The notes under the pieces were generated by a model. It was not told the DNA's origin. It made no database searches and saw only the letters and a list, made by a program, of their open reading frames with translations. Both the position numbers and the translations under genes were made by a program. Positions 8,254 to 17,549 of a stretch of DNA of 36,763 nucleotides are shown one piece after another (the stretch's first letter is position 1; each line of letters opens with the position of its first letter). This stretch comes from Methanothrix sp. (GTDB lineage: Archaea; Halobacteriota; Methanosarcinia; Methanotrichales; Methanotrichaceae), in contig JAQVZT010000001.1 of NCBI GenBank assembly GCA_028708055.1, forward strand, positions 1-36,763, in the 5' to 3' direction.

Positions 8254-9181
8254 GCAGGGAATTTCTGCCGATTTAAAAGCATTGGGAATAGGCAGAGGTG
8301 ACCATCTCAGCATCGGCGTCTCTTTGAGCAAGGTGGGCTTGGTGGAGGGTGGTCCGGATGGATTTATCGATGCAGTCCTGCAAGTTCTCGGAGATGAAGG
8401 CACTCTCATGGCAAACACATTCAACTTTCCCTGGCGATCCCGTGATGAAGCCAGAGCCCACCCATTTGATATATCAACTCCGTGCGTAACGGGTGTGGTA
8501 CCAGAGGCATTAAGAAAGTGGCCGGGCGCTTTGAGAAGTCGCCATCCAGTAGATTCGGTAGCTTGTATTGGCAAAAGAGCCGAATACCTCGTTGAGACTC
8601 ATGGTCCGGAATCAAAGCCTTACCTGCCCTATAACTTGCTGGCCAATATCGCAGGAAAGTCTCTGTTCGTGGGATTGGGGGATAATCTTGTGGCCATCAG
8701 GCATGCCGCTCAGTACGACGCCGGTCTGATGGATGCGGCGTCCATAAAAATGTATGCCGGCTACTATAAAGGCGGTTCTATTAAGTTATTGCATAGTTCA
8801 GACTATCACGCATGCTGTAATGCCTTGCGAAATCTCGTCCCGCCTATGCGCAGTAGAGGGCTTCTTAAAGAGGGGATGGTTGGCGGGGCTCATTCAATCC
8901 TTGTCGATACTGCAAATGCCTTAAAAGCCATGACGGAGATGCTTGCCGAAAGACCGACACTTACCCTCTGTTCTGCAATTTCATGTGCCTGGTGCAGGGA
9001 GCTAGAAAGAAATCTCAAGCTGTATGATCGTGAAGAAAATACCAGAATCTTTCATAGAAGCGCTTCTATTAGAACGATATTGCATCTGATCAATGCACGC
9101 CGGATAAATGGATCATATTGTGCTGAGATGGTCATGAGTGCAATCAGATATGCCCATGGCAAAATGAGCCGCAAGAGATAG
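8204..9181 (+). CDS. AAC(3)/Antibiotic_NAT-family N-acyltransferase (divergent)
   Basis: LKALGIGRGD...SLSKVG.VEGG...EGTLMANTF, RSRHP..S, GKSLFVGLG, C-x4-C-x2-C near the C-terminus; start uncertain (overlaps the upstream gene). Confidence 0.8.
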   Translation: MKRGRYLESEGRWDVSKQGISADLKALGIGRGDHLSIGVSLSKVGLVEGGPDGFIDAVLQVLGDEGTLMANTFNFPWRSRDEARAHPFDISTPCVTGVVPEALRKWPGALRSRHPVDSVACIGKRAEYLVETHGPESKPYLPYNLLANIAGKSLFVGLGDNLVAIRHAAQYDAGLMDAASIKMYAGYYKGGSIKLLHSSDYHACCNALRNLVPPMRSRGLLKEGMVGGAHSILVDTANALKAMTEMLAERPTLTLCSAISCAWCRELERNLKLYDREENTRIFHRSASIRTILHLINARRINGSYCAEMVMSAIRYAHGKMSRKR

Positions 9182-9266
9182 GGTGGACCGTTTGGATGCG
9201 GCAAGGCTTATCACTCATCGAGTGAATAGAGCCCGCCACTTTTTCAAATAAGAAACCAGGATATAT

Positions 9267-9287
9267 GGTTGGGAGTTCGGCCCAACC
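9267..9287. terminator. Hairpin between the convergent AAC(3)-like and helicase genes
   Basis: GGTTGGG-AGTTCGG-CCCAACC. Confidence 0.4.
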
Positions 9288-9335
9288 TCAGAGCGATTGC
9301 ACGATAGATGCATCTGCATTTTCCACTCATCCAGA

Positions 9336-10601
9336 CTAGCATCGTCTGACAGGATACGGCTTTCTGGGGGCCGATTTCCGATAGCTATCCTGTCTGGAGC
9401 CTCTTGCCGCAGTCCTGGATCGATAGGAATTGGCTGGCTCGGCTGCTGCTCCCGTTGCTATCTTTGCCGCTTCGGAATGGTACTGATGACCCATGACCTC
9501 AGCTCTGCTGCGTGTCAGCCGCTCAATTCTGCGCAGGATATTGCGTTCATCTGCGGCACAGAATGAATACGCTTTGCCGTCCGCCCCGGCTCGCCCAGTT
9601 CGACCGATGCGATGGACATAGCACTCCGGCTCACTCGGCAGATCATAGTTGATCACGTGAGAAATGTCATCCACATCAATTCCCCTGGCTGCGATATCTG
9701 TTGCCACAAGCACCCGCAGGCGACCCGATTTGAAATCATGCATGGCTTTAGTCCTCTGGTTTTGCGACTTGTTGCCATGAATGGCATCAGCATTGATCCT
9801 GCTCTTGCTCAGCGACTCGGCAATCTTATCTGCCCGGTGCTTGGTTTTGGAGAATATCAAGACGCGCTGCATGTCCTCATCCCTGATGAGCTTCTGCAAT
9901 AGGAGGAACTTATTGTCCTGATCCACGAAAAATACGCTCTGTTTGATGCACTCGAGTGTGCTGGCCTGAGGTGTAGCCTCTATATGTACTGGATCGGTGA
10001 GTAGCTTTTCTGCAAATTGGCCAGTCTCTTGGGTGACTGTGGCTGAGAAGAAAAGCGATTGATGCTTTTGGGGAAGTGCTGCAACTATCCTGCGCATGTC
10101 CTTGATGAAACCCATGTCAAGCATCCTATCGATCTCATCCAGTACGAAAAACTCCACGCCTTTCAGCATAATATAGCCCTGATTCATCAGGTCGAGAAGC
10201 CGACCTGGTGTGGCAACCAGGACATCGACTCCTGAAGAGAGCATCTTGACCTGAGGCCCCTGTCGCACTCCACCGAATATAGCTGTATGACGGAAGCGGA
10301 GGAATTGGCCGTATGTGGCAAAGCTCTGGTCGATCTGTGCCGCCAGTTCCCTTGTAGGTGCAATTACGAGAGCGCGCGGAACTCCGGGCCGAGCGGCTTT
10401 GCGCTCTTCCGATATCTTCTGCAATATAGGCAGCACGAATGCTGCGGTCTTGCCTGTGCCTGTCTGAGCGATGCCCATCAGGTCTTTTCCATTTAATAGA
10501 TGGGGTATGGCCAGGGTCTGAATGGGTGTCGGTGCGGTGTATCCTTCCTTGGCCAGTGCTCGGCAAAGCGGATCTATAATATTCAAATTTCCAAATGACA
10601 T
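9336..10601 (-). CDS. rhlE: DEAD-box RNA helicase, RhlE-like
   Basis: Q motif [44 protein letters not shown]; ATG 10601 (MSFGNL) preferred over the ORF-track start 10727. Confidence 0.92.
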   Translation of the reverse strand: MSFGNLNIIDPLCRALAKEGYTAPTPIQTLAIPHLLNGKDLMGIAQTGTGKTAAFVLPILQKISEERKAARPGVPRALVIAPTRELAAQIDQSFATYGQFLRFRHTAIFGGVRQGPQVKMLSSGVDVLVATPGRLLDLMNQGYIMLKGVEFFVLDEIDRMLDMGFIKDMRRIVAALPQKHQSLFFSATVTQETGQFAEKLLTDPVHIEATPQASTLECIKQSVFFVDQDNKFLLLQKLIRDEDMQRVLIFSKTKHRADKIAESLSKSRINADAIHGNKSQNQRTKAMHDFKSGRLRVLVATDIAARGIDVDDISHVINYDLPSEPECYVHRIGRTGRAGADGKAYSFCAADERNILRRIERLTRSRAEVMGHQYHSEAAKIATGAAAEPANSYRSRTAARGSRQDSYRKSAPRKPYPVRRC

Positions 10602-11126
10602 TCTTGCCTCTATATGTTCTAAGTCCTGATCTTCGATTTGGTTGAAGTCCTTTGATGCTGATCCGAAAAGAAACTGGTTGAATAGCATCCTAATGCAAAG
10701 AGATACGTCAACCGGTTGCAGAGGCACTTGGGAAAGAATGCTACTTCGCTAAAACGAAATGAAGATAATATTATAATCAAATCCTTTTAATGTCGCTTTG
10801 ACTGATCAGCAGGCATTTAGCCCGTTCATCCAGCAAGCATTCCTGGGAATATGCAGGCTCGGATCCATTTGTGTGGAAAGATGATTCGATGCTACGTCCT
10901 GAGCATGAAGGTGACATGCATGTCATCTCTCCCGGATCGATATTCAAGCCGTCTCTGCCATTTCCAAATCTCATTTATTCTATGTATCCTTTTTTAATCG
11001 ATTCCATAAATCGATTGTATGCTCTCAAAAACATCTCAGCAAATTTAATTGAATCAATGCAAATGAAGCCTCTTATCCAGAGGCACAACAGACTATATAC
11101 TTGTCGGTCAAGTCCAAACGATTTAT

Positions 11127-11765
11127 TTATCTATGCTCGCATTCCCGCCATCGTTTTCTTCCACGAGGGATCATGCGGGGTACCTCGTTCTTATAGGCCA
11201 GATATGCCTGGCCGAACTGGAAGACCAGCCTGCTCTCCCAGTGAAGAGATCCCAGGAAGAGGTAGACGGTGATCAGGAGATAGACCACAAGCAGATTCTC
11301 GGTCATAAATGGCGTGAGCCATATGAGCAGAAATCCGGAGAGAAGAAAAGGATCACGAATGCGGCAGTAAATGCCCCGGGCGGCCAGCGCGAATGAATCC
11401 GGACTCTGCGGTTTGGCCAGCTGGGCGCGGATCAGGAATCTGTGCGGCGCATCCAGAAAAGCCCGTAGAGAGCCGATGCCCACCACAATCTGTGCGAAGA
11501 CAAAGAGCCAAAACCAGGGTGCAGGAATCACATAGAGCACCCGCCCCGGAAAGATCGCCAGCAGCGCAGCCAGAGGCAGCACAGTGACGGCGGATATCGC
11601 GCTGAAGAAGACCGGATACCAGGGATCCACCCGGTCTCCAAAGCGCCTTCTTGCCGCTCTCTTGGCAGTAAGGCTTGCCAGGAAGCTGTGCAGAGCGGCA
11701 AATCCGATAAAGTAGAGAACCGGATAGAGAGCATCGTATTGCATAGCCTGATCTCCATCAGCCAT
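11127..11765 (-). CDS. Membrane protein of the isoprenylcysteine methyltransferase/NnrU-like family
   Basis: Several hydrophobic helices; HSFLAS, GIY.RIRDP, E.RL...FG.AY..YK.EVPRMIP. Confidence 0.7.
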   Translation of the reverse strand: MADGDQAMQYDALYPVLYFIGFAALHSFLASLTAKRAARRRFGDRVDPWYPVFFSAISAVTVLPLAALLAIFPGRVLYVIPAPWFWLFVFAQIVVGIGSLRAFLDAPHRFLIRAQLAKPQSPDSFALAARGIYCRIRDPFLLSGFLLIWLTPFMTENLLVVYLLITVYLFLGSLHWESRLVFQFGQAYLAYKNEVPRMIPRGRKRWRECEHR

Positions 11766-11822
11766 CCTTTGTAGCTTTCTCTCATCCTCCGGGAGATATC
11801 GGGGAAAAAGAGGCGGCCTTCC

Positions 11823-12194
11823 TCACTCGGCCTCTCCCTCTTCCACCGGCTCGCGGGGGGCAAGCAGCAGCTCATTAAAGAGCAGAATCTCAATCACCTG
11901 GGCCACATAGCGCCTCTGCTGGTACCTCTGAATATCCTGGTTCATCTTCAGCTCCGCCTCCACCTGCACCCGGATCAGGCAGAGCCTTAAGTCCCTTTGC
12001 TCTTCTTCCCGAATGGCCAGGCTGAAGATATCCTTGAGCAGCCATGGCAGCCTCATGGGATTTCTCAGCGCTCTCGCCACGAGCAGAATATAGTTCTTAA
12101 TCTGATCGGGGCTTTTTATCTCATCTGCGCCTGTGAGCAGCAGAAGGTCATCGAGGGGAAACTTTTCCCCGTCAATCTTTATGGAGTCGTTCAA
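11823..12194 (-). CDS. Hypothetical protein at the end of the cob operon
   Basis: 123-aa ORF whose TTG start overlaps the cobY stop. Confidence 0.7.
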   Translation of the reverse strand: MNDSIKIDGEKFPLDDLLLLTGADEIKSPDQIKNYILLVARALRNPMRLPWLLKDIFSLAIREEEQRDLRLCLIRVQVEAELKMNQDIQRYQQRRYVAQVIEILLFNELLLAPREPVEEGEAE

Positions 12195-12793
12195 AGGAGA
12201 TCACCTTGCATTATTCTCTCGCAGAGCCTGAGGTCATCAGCCACATTTACATTCACCGCAAGCTCAATTCTCTCCAAAATGAGGTGAAAGTCCTCCTGCT
12301 CTCTCTCTATATCTGATCCATCCAGAACATTTATTCCTGCAGGAACTATGAGCCGTCCGCGGTAATTGAAAAGAGAATCGGGCCTTCTGTCCAGACGGCT
12401 GTGCAGGTCCAGGGGCGTATGCGTGGAGAGAGCCGGTTCCGGCCTCTCGTCATAGGCGTCGATGATATCGTCAATCAGATCAGAGGTAATCAGGGGAAGG
12501 TCGGCCATAATGATCATAACTGGATCCTTAACCCTTGCGTTCTTCACCGCCTCGATCATGTCTGCCACGTAGCCATAACCGCCGGTTTCTACCACCTCAA
12601 GTCCTCTTTCTCTGCACCACTCCCTTGTGCCGGGCACGTTATCTGTGGTGGCTGCAAAGATCCTTTCAACGGAGCTATCCTCCAGAGCCAGGGCCACATA
12701 GTCTATGAGCGGCCTGCCGAAGAGCTTCACGAGCGGCTTTTCTCCCATTTGCAGCCGTGAGCCGCGACCTCCGGCCATCACCAGAGCGTCCAG
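12191..12793 (-). CDS. cobY: GTP:adenosylcobinamide-phosphate guanylyltransferase
   Basis: (M)DALVMAGGRGSRL..GEKP, DLPLI, NVN motifs; probable CTG start at 12793 behind GGAGGTG. Confidence 0.9.
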   Translation of the reverse strand: MDALVMAGGRGSRLQMGEKPLVKLFGRPLIDYVALALEDSSVERIFAATTDNVPGTREWCRERGLEVVETGGYGYVADMIEAVKNARVKDPVMIIMADLPLITSDLIDDIIDAYDERPEPALSTHTPLDLHSRLDRRPDSLFNYRGRLIVPAGINVLDGSDIEREQEDFHLILERIELAVNVNVADDLRLCERIMQGDLL

Positions 12794-13548
12794 GGAAGAA
12801 CACCTCCTAAAACCACAGCAGCAGCCAGTGCAACTGCTCTTGCTACCTCATTGGTCGCCCCTATCCCGTCTCCTGTGGATCCTCCGAAATTCCTTTTGGC
12901 CACGATAACCAGGTAATAGGCAGCTGCCTGAGCTGCGGCCAGTGCAGCAAGGCCCAGTGGACCTAAAATGGCAGCGCACAGGATTGAAGATAAGGCCAGG
13001 CCGATTAGAAACTGCCGCAGTCCGGTTCGCTCAATCATTATCTGGCCGAAGCCCTTCTGAAGCGAGGTTGAAAAAGCGGCAAAACAGATCATGGCCTCTT
13101 TAGCTGACACCTCCGCCACCAGCAGAGACAGAGGCAGAAGAGCGAGGGGCGTATCGGACAGAATCGCAAATTCCGCCAGCAGGACTATAACTATGAAGAC
13201 TGCGCCGCCTGTTCCCAGAGATACATCTTTCATGGCGGCCACCTTTTTTTCCTGTGGTCCGTGAGCTATCACTCCATCGCCAAAATCGGCCAGCCCGTCG
13301 ATATGATTTATGCCGCAGAGCTTGTAGATGGCAGCTATGATCACAACTGCCAGCAGATTGGCATTGGCCGGTGGCGCCTGACCTGCCAGATAAGCCAGTC
13401 CTCCCAGGATGGCTCCCAGGGCCAGGCCCACCAGAGGAAATATGTAGACATGCTTCATCAGGGCTTCAACGCCTTCCATGGAGATGCCTACCGGTATGGT
13501 GGACAGCCAGCCAAATCCCGACTTAAGAGCAAAGAGCAGGTCGCTCAA
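12778..13548 (-). CDS. cobS: Adenosylcobinamide-GDP ribazoletransferase (cobalamin synthase)
   Basis: NHIDGLADFGDG, MKD...GTGG, FGGSTGDGIGA.NE; membrane protein. Confidence 0.93.
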   Translation of the reverse strand: MSDLLFALKSGFGWLSTIPVGISMEGVEALMKHVYIFPLVGLALGAILGGLAYLAGQAPPANANLLAVVIIAAIYKLCGINHIDGLADFGDGVIAHGPQEKKVAAMKDVSLGTGGAVFIVIVLLAEFAILSDTPLALLPLSLLVAEVSAKEAMICFAAFSTSLQKGFGQIMIERTGLRQFLIGLALSSILCAAILGPLGLAALAAAQAAAYYLVIVAKRNFGGSTGDGIGATNEVARAVALAAAVVLGGVLPWTLW

Positions 13549-14024
13549 TCTCTGCTCCCTTCGGATGGTGCCGCTCGCGTGTACATATTGGCGGACACTC
13601 CCCCGATCAGCCCGGCAACCACATCATCCATGAATGGCCCCAGGCGGGAGAGGATTCCCGGCTTGGCCTTATCATAGCGAACGTAATCGAAAAGCCCTTT
13701 GTAGCCGCCAACATACTTGGCTATTGAAAGACCCAAAACCTCATCCGCGATGAGGCAGGTCAGATCCTTTTCATAGTTGTCGGATAGCAGATTGGGAAGA
13801 TTGCCCTTCTCACCCTCCGACTCGAGCAGAACTCCCGCATAAATGAGGAGCGACAGATTGGGGTCGGAAAGGGCAAGATTCAATTCCCGCAGAAACACAG
13901 CTTCCGCTTTCTCGCGAGTCTCCACTCCCGGATGGGGGAAATAAAGCTGCATTGCCGAGGATATGATATCTTCTTCATGTATTCCCATGCTGTCCAGCAC
14001 ATCTCTGATATCTCTCGTGGCCAT
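13545..14024 (-). CDS. cobZ: Alpha-ribazole phosphatase CobZ (PgpA-like)
   Basis: ADEVLG..IA.YVGG.KG.F.YVRYD..KPGIL..LGPFMDD; adjacent to cobS. Confidence 0.8.
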   Translation of the reverse strand: MATRDIRDVLDSMGIHEEDIISSAMQLYFPHPGVETREKAEAVFLRELNLALSDPNLSLLIYAGVLLESEGEKGNLPNLLSDNYEKDLTCLIADEVLGLSIAKYVGGYKGLFDYVRYDKAKPGILSRLGPFMDDVVAGLIGGVSANMYTRAAPSEGSRD

Positions 14025-14121
14025 GATGAAAGCTAGTTAAGCATATTAGGATAAAAAATATCTGGTTAAAATCGCGAAGCTATTTAAGGTCGGATCGCAC
14101 AATAGTGTATGGGTGATCTCT

Positions 14122-14448
14122 ATGAAGACAATGGTCAAGATTTTCGTGGATCACGAGCATCTGGTTCGAGTCATAAACACCCTGACGGAGCTGGGCATCA
14201 CTGGATTCTACCTTATCGAGTATCAAGGAATGGCACCGAATACCTGGAAAGCCTTCCAGCTGAGCGAGAATCCCGATATGGCTTTGAAGGCGATCCGGGA
14301 TCACTCCGAACCGGGAGTCATGGTCAATACCGTCGTGGGCTCCGATAAGTGCGAAAAGATCATAAAGCAGCTCGAGGAAGCTTTAAAAGGGATTAGGTAC
14401 ACGATCATTGGTCACAAAGTTACATCTATAAAGGTAAAAGGAGAATAA
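14122..14448 (+). CDS. MJ1244-like methanogen protein (P-II-like fold)
   Basis: KIFVD.E...RVIN.L...GITGFY..EY.G..P..W..F; GGTGA SD before ATG 14122. Confidence 0.65.
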   Translation: MKTMVKIFVDHEHLVRVINTLTELGITGFYLIEYQGMAPNTWKAFQLSENPDMALKAIRDHSEPGVMVNTVVGSDKCEKIIKQLEEALKGIRYTIIGHKVTSIKVKGE

Positions 14449-14454
14449 AAATTC

Positions 14455-14682
14455 ATGGAAAACCTCAAGGATGACGTTGAGTTTGCCCTGGAGAAGATCA
14501 GGCAAGGCCTCCGCGTGGATGGTGGAGACGTTCAGCTCGTCGATATAGTTGATGGGATAGTCAAGGTAAAGCTGCAGGGGCACTGCGCAGGCTGTCCATT
14601 CTCTCAGATGACACTCAAGAATTTCATAGAGAAAGAGCTCATGAAGAACGTAGCGGGCGTAAAAGGCGTGGTTTCCGCCTGA
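14455..14682 (+). CDS. Nfu/NifU C-terminal domain Fe-S carrier
   Basis: IR..L..DGGDVQLV...VKLQGHCAGCP.S..TLK..IE. Confidence 0.9.
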   Translation: MENLKDDVEFALEKIRQGLRVDGGDVQLVDIVDGIVKVKLQGHCAGCPFSQMTLKNFIEKELMKNVAGVKGVVSA

Positions 14683-14767
14683 AATTGCGCTCGATTTTAT
14701 TCGCGAAATCGATTCGACATTCAGATATGCAATAGTTGCTCAAATAATTAATAGAGGAGTCGCATTT

Positions 14768-14992
14768 ATGTTCCCAACTAAAAAGGTACAGAGCCTGGTA
14801 GGCAGCAAGATTCAGGTTGAGATGAAGGGTTCGCCTCGCTATGTTCTGGAAGGAATTCTCAATAGTGTGGACGAATATCTGAACCTTCACCTTCAGGAGA
14901 CCGTAGAGCTGATAGGCGGCGAGAAGACTCGCTCTTTAGGATCAGTTATCCTGCGTGGCAACAATATCATTCTCATAAGCCCAATTGAGTGA
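14768..14992 (+). CDS. Sm/Lsm-like RNA-binding protein
   Basis: G.L.SVDEYLNLHL...LGSVILRGNNI Sm1/Sm2 motifs. Confidence 0.92.
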   Translation: MFPTKKVQSLVGSKIQVEMKGSPRYVLEGILNSVDEYLNLHLQETVELIGGEKTRSLGSVILRGNNIILISPIE

Positions 14993-15012
14993 ACATGGAT
15001 AGAGAGGTAGGA

Positions 15013-15378
15013 ATGTCTGCTGAGGAGGCGCTGGAGTACATAAGGTCGCATCCCGAGGGAGCTTTGCAGAGCGAACTGTGGAAGGTCCTGAAGATCGATT
15101 CCCGAAAATGCTCCCGTATCGTGGCCAAGCTCCTCAAAGATAATCTCATCACCAGAGAGGTGGAGACGGCAGATGGCGTCAGGACCTATCGACTCAGCTG
15201 CACGGTTAAGCCTCGCAGCAGGCGTTTTGATCCGCTGCTGGCTCTCAATGCCTTCGAACCCTGCGCAGGCTGCATCGAAGAGTGCATTCCTGAGCATTGC
15301 GCCAAGCTCAGCGAGTGGATATTCTCTATAGTGATTGGGCCAGATGGCGACATGGATCTGGAAAAGGTCAGGCCCTAA
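15013..15378 (+). CDS. Winged-helix plus Cys4 protein, probable TFE-beta (RPC34/C34 homolog)
   Basis: EGALQSELWKVL.IDSRKCSRIV.KL wHTH; C-terminal PCAGC-x3-C-x4-C-AKLSEW; follows the Sm gene; start could be 14989 or 14995. Confidence 0.7.
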   Translation: MSAEEALEYIRSHPEGALQSELWKVLKIDSRKCSRIVAKLLKDNLITREVETADGVRTYRLSCTVKPRSRRFDPLLALNAFEPCAGCIEECIPEHCAKLSEWIFSIVIGPDGDMDLEKVRP

Positions 15379-15458
15379 AAAGGGAACAAGGGCGCAAGCT
15401 CTTGTTTATTCCATTTTATAACCTCAACATTTCATTATTTTCATAATTTTATTAATTA

Positions 15459-16367
15459 TTATATTGTCCTATCTGGTAGGCACATTTTTTGATACATCAT
15501 GGCATGCATCAGTGGAACATTCAGAGCCCGGGCGATGGCTGACAGCTCCTGAGAGGAAGGCATCTGAACTCTGGCCGGCGGCAGGCACTTGGCATTTCTG
15601 GCATAAACTGCTCCGCCCCTCATCCTGGCGCAGGCAAAGCTTCCCGCATCACCGCCAACTATTATCTCGCCGCCCCGCATCTCCGCGCCCGTGAAGTCGC
15701 CGCATCTTCCAGAGACCACAATTCTGCCTCCCTGCAAGAGGACCCCTGTGTTCTGGCCGGCATCGCCCTCGACCTCAATCAAGCCGGAGCGCATGAGTAT
15801 TCCTGTGCTCATTCCTGCATCGCCTTCCAGATGGATGGTCTTACTGGTGGGATTTCTCGCTCCCAGGGTATCCCTTAAAATGCCGTCGCAGATGGTCAGG
15901 CCACTCTCAAGAGCGACGTTCGGCTCCAGGATGGCGAGGCCCTTTTCCATCGACTCGGTAGCGGATACGAACTTCCGGTAGCCTGTCATATCTGACTGCA
16001 CAGATACGACGTTTCCCAGCGGAGACTTTATCTCACCAGATACATAGATGGCACCGCGCATCATGGAGATGCCCATGTGGCTTCCCACGTCGCCGTCCAC
16101 GATAATCTTGCCAGTATCATCAACCGGCTCGCCGTTTCCTCCCAGCCGCATCAGATCCACGCCCAGGCTCGAGCCCAGGCGGCTGCCTGCGTCTCCCGAG
16201 ATCCTGACCGTCTCACCCTGGCGGAGGGCCTGAACCATTCTGCGAAAGCTTACGCCGCTTACCGTCTGATCCATGTCGAGCCTTGAGCCCTTGTGCTGCC
16301 AGAAAAAGTCAAAGGTAAAGTCACAAAGGCATTTCTCTCCCGAGGCATTGATTTGCAGCATTGGCAT
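15459..16367 (-). CDS. GXGXG beta-helix protein (FwdC/GltB C-terminal-like)
   Basis: Repeated I.V.GD.G...G..M.GG units; ATG 16367 overlaps the DUF373 stop, so the upstream ORF extension is spurious. Confidence 0.8.
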   Translation of the reverse strand: MPMLQINASGEKCLCDFTFDFFWQHKGSRLDMDQTVSGVSFRRMVQALRQGETVRISGDAGSRLGSSLGVDLMRLGGNGEPVDDTGKIIVDGDVGSHMGISMMRGAIYVSGEIKSPLGNVVSVQSDMTGYRKFVSATESMEKGLAILEPNVALESGLTICDGILRDTLGARNPTSKTIHLEGDAGMSTGILMRSGLIEVEGDAGQNTGVLLQGGRIVVSGRCGDFTGAEMRGGEIIVGGDAGSFACARMRGGAVYARNAKCLPPARVQMPSSQELSAIARALNVPLMHAMMYQKMCLPDRTI

Positions 16368-17470
16368 CACTTGACAAGCTGCTCGGAAGCATCTCCAGCG
16401 ATGCGCTTGGAGATATTGACTCCTATTACGGTTATTAGGATGGCGACTATCGCCGATATGGCCAGATACTGCACCGATTCCACCATACCTATGCCGAATT
16501 TCAGATCGGAGTTGCTGGCCAGGATGAAGCCTGTTGCCGACCAGATGATAAGACCTGTCGCTAGCAGGAAGAAGAGGTAAGAAATGGTGCGGGCATCTCT
16601 CAATCCTTCCAGGTACATGTCCATTATCTTGCCCAGATCCACGCACAGGGCGGCGACGACATACCACCAGATGCTCTCATGAAGGTAAATCATCACCAAG
16701 ATGAAGATTCCGGGCGATATTGGTTCATTATAATACTGCCAGGAATAGGCAAAACCCCTCACCGTAGCGATGACCACCAGCATGGCCGCCAGAATATAGG
16801 TAATGAATGCGATCTTTCCGGCATAAAGGGATTTTCTCAGGGTCTGCTTGGCCTCCTCCATGGAGTCGTCCAGCCCCAGGCCCCGAAACAGAAGATACAG
16901 GCCCACCGCTCCGGTGATTGCCACCACAGCGCCGTTGGGATAGCCGAGCAGGCTGAAGATGGCAAACATCAGCAGAGCTAGAGCAGGTGGAATGAAGACC
17001 GTATGGCTGATTTTGGGATCATTGAAGACCTGTTTGAGAAGATAGTAAGTGCTCTCCAGGTTTGGACTCTGTTTGATCAGCACCCGGCGCACTCCGTCAA
17101 CTCTGACGCGAGAATGGATAATGGGAAGAATTGCCTCGTCCTCGGCTCCGTCCGAGACCACAATCACTCCCGAGGGATGCAGACGCTCCAGCAAAATTTC
17201 CAGCTCTGCGGCAAGCTTGCTGTCCGAGACCAATCCTACCTTCAGGTCCCCAGCCAGGGAGGCGATCTCCACAGTCTTGCCGGCAAGCGCAAGCTCGTCA
17301 TATACCTTTATGCCTCCGAAGATGGTATTGACATCCGAATCCTCCGGGTCGGCCATGCCGAGCTTTAAAGCAGCATCGATATTGGCCTGCCTGCCTACAA
17401 CCGGACTTACGACTCCGCCCTTGCGGCCCAGATCGTTGTCGCGGTCAATACAGAGCACCAGGACATCCAT
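16367..17470 (-). CDS. DUF373 family archaeal membrane protein
   Basis: LVLCIDRDNDLGRK...DPEDSDVN...VSDGAEDE...KQS..LESTYY followed by TM helices. Confidence 0.85.
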   Translation of the reverse strand: MDVLVLCIDRDNDLGRKGGVVSPVVGRQANIDAALKLGMADPEDSDVNTIFGGIKVYDELALAGKTVEIASLAGDLKVGLVSDSKLAAELEILLERLHPSGVIVVSDGAEDEAILPIIHSRVRVDGVRRVLIKQSPNLESTYYLLKQVFNDPKISHTVFIPPALALLMFAIFSLLGYPNGAVVAITGAVGLYLLFRGLGLDDSMEEAKQTLRKSLYAGKIAFITYILAAMLVVIATVRGFAYSWQYYNEPISPGIFILVMIYLHESIWWYVVAALCVDLGKIMDMYLEGLRDARTISYLFFLLATGLIIWSATGFILASNSDLKFGIGMVESVQYLAISAIVAILITVIGVNISKRIAGDASEQLVK

Positions 17471-17549
17471 AGGTTACTATTTGAAAAGATTGTACTTAAA
17501 GGATTCTGTAGTGAGAAGATATATATCTGATCCAATCGAATCATACATT

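Noticed and set aside
8204-9181. Bona fide aminoglycoside resistance gene
   Set aside because: Fold-level similarity only; motifs are divergent and the archaeal biosynthetic context gives no support for resistance.
16368-16667. N-terminal extension of the 402-aa GXGXG ORF
   Set aside because: It overlaps DUF373 in another frame; the real start is at 16367.
17049-17549. N-terminal half of the 327-aa plus-strand ORF
   Set aside because: Antisense to DUF373; the signal peptide begins at 17550.
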